In this document: positions 60,001 to 64,000 of the stretch, one piece after another | How the letters are laid out: the number at the start of each line of letters is the position of its first letter | How positions within the stretch are numbered: the first letter of the stretch is position 1 | Assembly: GCA_963750165.1 (NCBI GenBank) | Contig: CAVVPN010000012.1 | Span: 1,184,001 to 1,248,000 of the forward strand | DNA length: 64,000 nt | Origin: an uncultured Gemmataceae bacterium | Lineage (GTDB): Bacteria; Planctomycetota; Planctomycetia; Gemmatales; Gemmataceae | Direction: 5' to 3' | Notes under the pieces: generated by a model | What the model saw: the letters and a program-made list of their open reading frames with translations, nothing else | Databases searched by the model: none | What the model was told of the DNA's origin: nothing | Program-made: the position numbers and the translations under genes

Positions 60001-61954
60001 TGACGGCAAGGTCGCCGTGTCCTGCGGCCTGGAGGATCGCACGGTGCGTCTGTGGGACCTGACCACGGGTCTGGAGCGCGTCCGCTTCATCGGCCACGGC
60101 GGCATGGTCTTCCCGGTCGCGCTGTCGCCCGACGGCAAGCAGATCGCCTCGGGTGAAACGGACGGGACGATTCTGCTCTGGGACGTGCCCACCACGGAGA
60201 AGTTCACCGAGGTGACGAAGCCGGCCGCCACGCTCAAGGGTTACAAGAGCGCGGTCATGGCCCTGGCCTATTCCCCGAACGGCAAGACGCTGGTGTCCGC
60301 CAGCCTCAGCGATGCCGTCAAGGTGTGGGACCCCGTCAAGCACGAAGAGAAGCAGACGCTGGCGGAGCACAAGGAGGGGGCGACGGCGCTGGCGTTCGCG
60401 CCGGACGGCAAGACGCTGGCCACCTCATCCGGCCCGAAATCGTTCCTGTGGGGCGTGACCGACGGCAAGGTGAGCGACAAGCCCGCGACCACCCTGAAGC
60501 ACCCCGGCGCCGTGGGCGTGCTGGTGTACGCGCCGGACGGCAAGACGCTGGCCGCGGGCGTGGTGGAAACGCGGGACGGCACGCGGCGCGAACTGGTGTG
60601 CCTGTGGGACGCGGCTGGCAAGGAGCGGGAACCGCTGACGGGGGCCCTGCCGCTCGAAGCCGACCTGGCGTTCGTCAACGACGGCAAGCTGCTGGCGGTG
60701 GGCGGCCAGAACCAGGTGATTCTACTGCTGGACCCGGCGAACGGCCAGGAGCGCGGCCGGCAGCGTGGCCATCTCGGCTGGGTGCGCTGCCTGGCGGCGT
60801 CGAAGGACGGCAAGACGCTGGTCTCGGGCAGCTTCGACAAGACGTTGAAGGTCTGGGATCCGACGCCCTCTGCCGAGCGCGATGTGCTGCGGCCGCACGG
60901 TGGCAAGGAGGTGTACGCCGTGGCGTTCCGTCCGGACGACCTCACCGACAAGGACGACAAGAAAACGCACGCCGAGCAGTACCTGGCGACAGCCGGGGCG
61001 GACGGCACGGTGAAGCTGATCGCGGTGACGACAGGCAAGGAAGTGGCGACGCTGAGCGGGCACAAGGGGGGCGTGTTATGCCTGGGGTTTTCGCAGAAAG
61101 GCAAGCGGTTGGTCACGGGCGGGGCGGATGGCACCGTCCGCGTCTGGAACACGGCAGACCCAAAGGCCAAGGAGTTCGGCAAGGAGCTGTTCAAGCTGAC
61201 CGGCTTCACGAAGGAGGTGCTGTGTCTGGCCGGGACGCCGAGCGGCAAGTATCTGGCCGCGGGCGGCATGGACAGCGCGGTGCGCGTCTGGAAGTTTGAC
61301 GACCTGGAAAAGGCGGAGAAGGCGTCCGACCCCTACCTGGTGTTGCAGGAGAACGCGAAGGAAAAAAAGGAGCCGCGGCTGCCGCCGCCCAAAGGGCCGG
61401 TGCGCGGCCTGGTGCTGCTGGAAGGCGAGGGCTTCGTGTTCTTGATCGGCGGCGGTGACGACGGCGTGGTGCAGGCGTGGGAATTGCTGAAGCGGGTGGC
61501 GGTGGGCCAGCCGTTTTCGCCCGGCAGCGCCGTGCGGGCGCTGGCCCAGTCGCCGCATACGCCGACGGTGTGGGTGGCCGGGGCCGACCGGGTGCTCCGC
61601 TCGCAGAGCCTGACGACGGCCCGGGTCAGGACGGAGAAGGATCACGAGGTCATCGTCGTGGTCTGGGACGAAAGCCGGCAGCAGTTGCGCGGCCAGGGCA
61701 GTCCGGCGCTGTCGTTGGCGTTCACTCCGGGAACGAGCCGTACCCTGGCTGCGGGCGGCCGGGACGGCACCATCAAGTTGTGGGACCCGGCCCAGGATTC
61801 GGAGCGGCTGACGCTGCGCGGCCACACAGGGCCGGTGGTGGGCCTGGCGTTCAGCGACGACCGGCGGCTGCTGGCCTCCGCCAGCCACGACGGCAGCGTG
61901 CGGCTGTGGCGGGCCGCGGCGTCCCGGCCGGTCGGGATGATGGGGCATCCGTAA
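57086..61954 (+). CDS. CHAT-like domain + nSTAND1-type NTPase + TM + WD40 repeats
   Basis: VPWNAL...FWGVRY; PYRPLRPY...FIGRE, GAPAVGKSSL, VVEQGEELFT, LRTEF; TM helix; many WD40 repeats. Confidence 0.88.
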   Translation: MAHVVCQVLVRPERLTVLWSAGSASFEPYPKTGAARTRFLDLARQARGRLRDLAAAATPADVSRAGFALAQTGHALFRELFEADAGYESQAGEIRDWFTGLGRDGVESLELLADEPGLVPWNALYEQPPDEALFHASSGDAWQHFWGVRYALHGGHRVSPLRQLNVFAKPTLQFILDPQLRERLPAEDKKRLTDFLGDHPAPVAPHRDQVAADTREAPPDVVFCLCHTAGDALLLGSDRLTPEELLDLLQIGGPTGGTLVVACLCPEEGADTDVVAGRLAAAPLGGLVVIETVAGRSGVRLALQLLERFLDRKQPLGAALHELRRAEPEVGLLIAGLAPGGLRVEGADETRSEAIKSAEAGPAAAPVEGGAANDDVPLPDQPYRPLRPYEAADQALFIGREDDLQRVALTLDRADTRLLVLHGAPAVGKSSLLRAGLLPYLDADCVGYRVLSDRTEADEDEDGVPVTVRATWDLTGQLAAALAAFCARPYRYETPTGRTVTVDFAEELTPLVGGAFRDGALNAGLLGEILASEPQLLGQVLAALTERLPFELVIVVEQGEELFTLAEGHPAARPDATLAMLARTARSAAAVKLIVALRTEFHGRLLHGLRPFAGQPWLAEYLLAPLGREALLDALLLPTVDEPLPGCTEVPYRKYGFAFEEGLARQVIDEALGAAAARPVSAAALVQVVGMRLVERIANREERVIRAADLRAVGGVPEAAARWLRDRLRQLPQAMGDSRALKGLLSQLVRRLPDGSVVRTLRPLTELQKDWRGGTPLETLAAAAATPEVGLLEVQTLTVGNQQGVYLSLASDALALAVAQEALEQEKREYGTTRMSDALWITIPLLILLATASFALLYKPLRVLQDALEKQTEKLEELGPTNQALQAEVSATAFPTYVAQIQLAQQALDGGDAVKLRQYLLRCRGPQIYYPDEKGPRDARGFDWYYLWQQANGENKNLLGHRGTVNDVTVSADGKVAVSCGLEDRTVRLWDLTTGLERVRFIGHGGMVFPVALSPDGKQIASGETDGTILLWDVPTTEKFTEVTKPAATLKGYKSAVMALAYSPNGKTLVSASLSDAVKVWDPVKHEEKQTLAEHKEGATALAFAPDGKTLATSSGPKSFLWGVTDGKVSDKPATTLKHPGAVGVLVYAPDGKTLAAGVVETRDGTRRELVCLWDAAGKEREPLTGALPLEADLAFVNDGKLLAVGGQNQVILLLDPANGQERGRQRGHLGWVRCLAASKDGKTLVSGSFDKTLKVWDPTPSAERDVLRPHGGKEVYAVAFRPDDLTDKDDKKTHAEQYLATAGADGTVKLIAVTTGKEVATLSGHKGGVLCLGFSQKGKRLVTGGADGTVRVWNTADPKAKEFGKELFKLTGFTKEVLCLAGTPSGKYLAAGGMDSAVRVWKFDDLEKAEKASDPYLVLQENAKEKKEPRLPPPKGPVRGLVLLEGEGFVFLIGGGDDGVVQAWELLKRVAVGQPFSPGSAVRALAQSPHTPTVWVAGADRVLRSQSLTTARVRTEKDHEVIVVVWDESRQQLRGQGSPALSLAFTPGTSRTLAAGGRDGTIKLWDPAQDSERLTLRGHTGPVVGLAFSDDRRLLASASHDGSVRLWRAAASRPVGMMGHP

Positions 61955-61957
61955 GGT

Positions 61958-62240
61958 TGTCCGTGGTCCTTTGCCGTCTGAGTTGAAGCGCTGGGTGCCT
62001 GTTGTGGCTTGGTCTGCCTGTTATGGCTTGGTCTCCGGACCAAGCCACGGGGCCTGACCGAAGGTCTCCCCGAACGCTTGGGACGCCGAAGAGAAGACCT
62101 TCGGTCGCAGCCGTGGCCCGGTCAGGAGACCGGGCCACAACGGGTGCTTCGGTCGCAGCCGTGGCCCGGTCAGGAGACCGGGCTACAAGGGTGCTGGCGC
62201 TGGAACCCATCCGGCAACGGTCCACGGACCACGGACAAAC
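61958..62240. repeat. REP cluster (family B units, 48-bp direct repeat, GTCCGTGGTCC/GGACCACGGAC arms)
   Basis: CTTCGGTCGCAGCCGTGGCCCGGTCAGGAGACCGGG at 62099 and 62147; inverted related units at about 62000-62070. Confidence 0.8.
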
Positions 62241-62335
62241 GACGACTGCTCTTGCGGCCTGTCCCGCCGTCGGAGTACAGTACGACTCCCTGGCAAGCCA
62301 AGGTGGGCTCGCCGTGCCGTAGTGAGGTCGCAAGG

Positions 62336-64000
62336 ATGTCGCGCACCACGCTCCCCCCCCGCACTTTGAACGCCCCAACACCCCCGCGGAACGGCTACCG
62401 CCACGACGCGGCGCACGGCTCGACGCTGCACCACGCCATCGACCGCGCCCGCCAGTGCCTACTCGCCCAGCAGCGCGACGACGGCCACTGGGTCGGCGAA
62501 CTGGAAGGCGACACCATCCTCGAATCCGAGACGATCCTGCTGCTGGCCTTCCTCGGCCGCGAAGGCGAGCCGCGCTGTGCCAAAATGGCCCGCTATTTAC
62601 TGGCGCAGCAGCAGCCCGACGGCGGCTGGGCCAACTACCCCGGCGGCCCGATGGACCTGAGTTGCACCGTCAAGGCGTACTTCGCGCTGAAGCTCACCGG
62701 CCACGACCCCGACGCCGAGTACATGGTGCGGGCGCGAGAGGTCATCCGCGGCCGTGGCGGCGCCGAGCGCGTCAACAGTTTCACCAAGTTCTACCTGGCA
62801 CTACTGGGTCAATTCCCCTACGACAACTGCGCCTCGGTGCCGCCGGAGATGATGTTCTGCCCGACCTGGCTGTACTTCAACATCTACGCCATGTCGAGCT
62901 GGACGCGCACCATCGTCATCCCGCTGAGCATCTTCTCCGCCCGCAAGCCGGTGCGGACGCTGCCGACAGAACTGGGCATTCCCGAGCTTTTTTTGCAACC
63001 GCCCGAGACGCCGCGCTGGCCGCACCCGCCGACGCGCCGCCTGCTGACGTGGACCAACTTCTTCCTGGGCGTCGATCAGTTTATCAAATGGTACGAGCGC
63101 TGCGGCCCGCGCCGCCTCCGCGCCGCCGCCGTCGAGCGTGCCCGCGCCTGGATGCTCGAACGCTTCGCGGACAGCGATGGCCTCGGTGCCATCTTCCCGC
63201 CGATGATCTACACCGTCGTCGGCCTGCGCAGCCTCGGCTACGCCGACGACTCGCCGGAGATGCGCTACGCATTGAAGCAGATTGATGATTTGATGATCGA
63301 GGAGGGTGACCGCATTCGTGTGCAGCCGTGCGTCTCGCCGGTGTGGGACACGGCACTGGCGGTCAACGCCCTGGCGGTCGCGGGCTTGCCAACCGGGCAC
63401 CCGGCGCTGCGGCGCGCGACGCAGTGGCTGCTCGACCGTGAGGTGCGGCGGCCCGGCGACTGGAGTTTGCTCAACCCGCATCTGGAGCCGGCCGGCTGGT
63501 TCTTCGAGTACCGTAACGGCTTCTACCCGGACACCGACGACACGGCGATGGTGCTGATGGGCCTGGCCCGCAGCGGGGCAGAGTCGTCCGCGGCGACCGA
63601 GCGCGGCGTGCAGTGGCTGCTGGGCATGCAAAACCGTGACGGCGGCTGGGCGGCGTTCGACCGCGACATCAACCGCGAGGTGTTGACGAAGGTGCCGTTC
63701 GCGGACCACAATGCGATGCTGGACCCGAGCTGTCCGGACATCACGGCGCGCGTGCTGGAGGCGCTGGCGGAGTACGGCCACCGCGTCGGCGCACCGGCGG
63801 TGGACCGGGCGGTGGACTTCATCCGCCGGACACAGGACCGGCGCGGCTGCTGGCTGGGCCGCTGGGGCGTCAACTATCTGTACGGCACCTGGCAGGTGCT
63901 GGCGGGTCTGCGCGGTCGGCTTCGATGTGCAGGACCCGATGGTGCGCCGCGCCGCCGACTGGCTGCGGCGGGTGCAGCAACCGGGCGGCGGCTGGGGCGA
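62336..64000 (+). CDS. shc: Squalene-hopene cyclase, partial (absent from the ORF track because it runs off the window; slip near 63915)
   Basis: QRDDGHWVGELEGD, QQPDGGW, QPCVSPVWDT, GWFFEY.N..YPDTDDTAMV (DxDD), MQNRDGGWAAFD, GRWGVNY. Confidence 0.95.
   Translation, partial: MSRTTLPPRTLNAPTPPRNGYRHDAAHGSTLHHAIDRARQCLLAQQRDDGHWVGELEGDTILESETILLLAFLGREGEPRCAKMARYLLAQQQPDGGWANYPGGPMDLSCTVKAYFALKLTGHDPDAEYMVRAREVIRGRGGAERVNSFTKFYLALLGQFPYDNCASVPPEMMFCPTWLYFNIYAMSSWTRTIVIPLSIFSARKPVRTLPTELGIPELFLQPPETPRWPHPPTRRLLTWTNFFLGVDQFIKWYERCGPRRLRAAAVERARAWMLERFADSDGLGAIFPPMIYTVVGLRSLGYADDSPEMRYALKQIDDLMIEEGDRIRVQPCVSPVWDTALAVNALAVAGLPTGHPALRRATQWLLDREVRRPGDWSLLNPHLEPAGWFFEYRNGFYPDTDDTAMVLMGLARSGAESSAATERGVQWLLGMQNRDGGWAAFDRDINREVLTKVPFADHNAMLDPSCPDITARVLEALAEYGHRVGAPAVDRAVDFIRRTQDRRGCWLGRWGVNYLYGTWQVLAGLRGRLRCAGPDGAPRRRLAAAGAATGRRLGR

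Noticed and set aside
62099..62190. CRISPR array
   Set aside because: Only two near-adjacent units with a 48-bp period, no unique spacers and no cas genes. It fits a REP cluster.
3345..63920. Frameshifts in about ten genes read as pseudogenes or programmed frameshifting
   Set aside because: They are 1-2 nt slips in GC-rich runs, scattered over unrelated genes (carboxylase, shc, HAD, lutC, rSAM) with otherwise intact motifs. Sequencing or assembly error is the simplest explanation, but reads are needed to confirm.

Overview
GC-rich bacterial chromosome segment, most likely from a planctomycete (Gemmataceae-like). The inference rests on TIGR02999-type ECF sigma/Ser-Thr kinase pairs, DUF4058, a TIGR03067 domain, an LEALEDR export motif and squalene-hopene cyclase. 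Housekeeping and metabolic genes (purC, serS, citrate synthase, acyl-CoA ligase and carboxylase, crcB, shc) are interleaved with accessory modules. About ten genes carry small frameshifts that look like assembly errors. I found no rRNA, tRNA, CRISPR array or transposase. Most notable: (1) a three-gene operon of a Cys/His-motif protein, an RRE-like radical SAM/SPASM enzyme and an FGE-fold protein, a possible new peptide/protein-modification system; (2) a hidden selenoprotein redoxin with an in-frame TGA in a UxxC motif and a SECIS-like hairpin; (3) an AT-richer ABC-type ATPase + TOPRIM-like (MAD3/MAD4-like) pair behind an orphan McrC; (4) three tandem ECF-kinase modules whose kinase promoters share a CGCATTG core with variable -35 regions; (5) a pseudoknot-forming leader RNA candidate; (6) a CHAT-STAND-TM-WD40 NLR-like protein; (7) many REP-like palindromes, one apparently inserted in-frame in a gene. 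All family assignments come from motif recognition by eye, with no database search.
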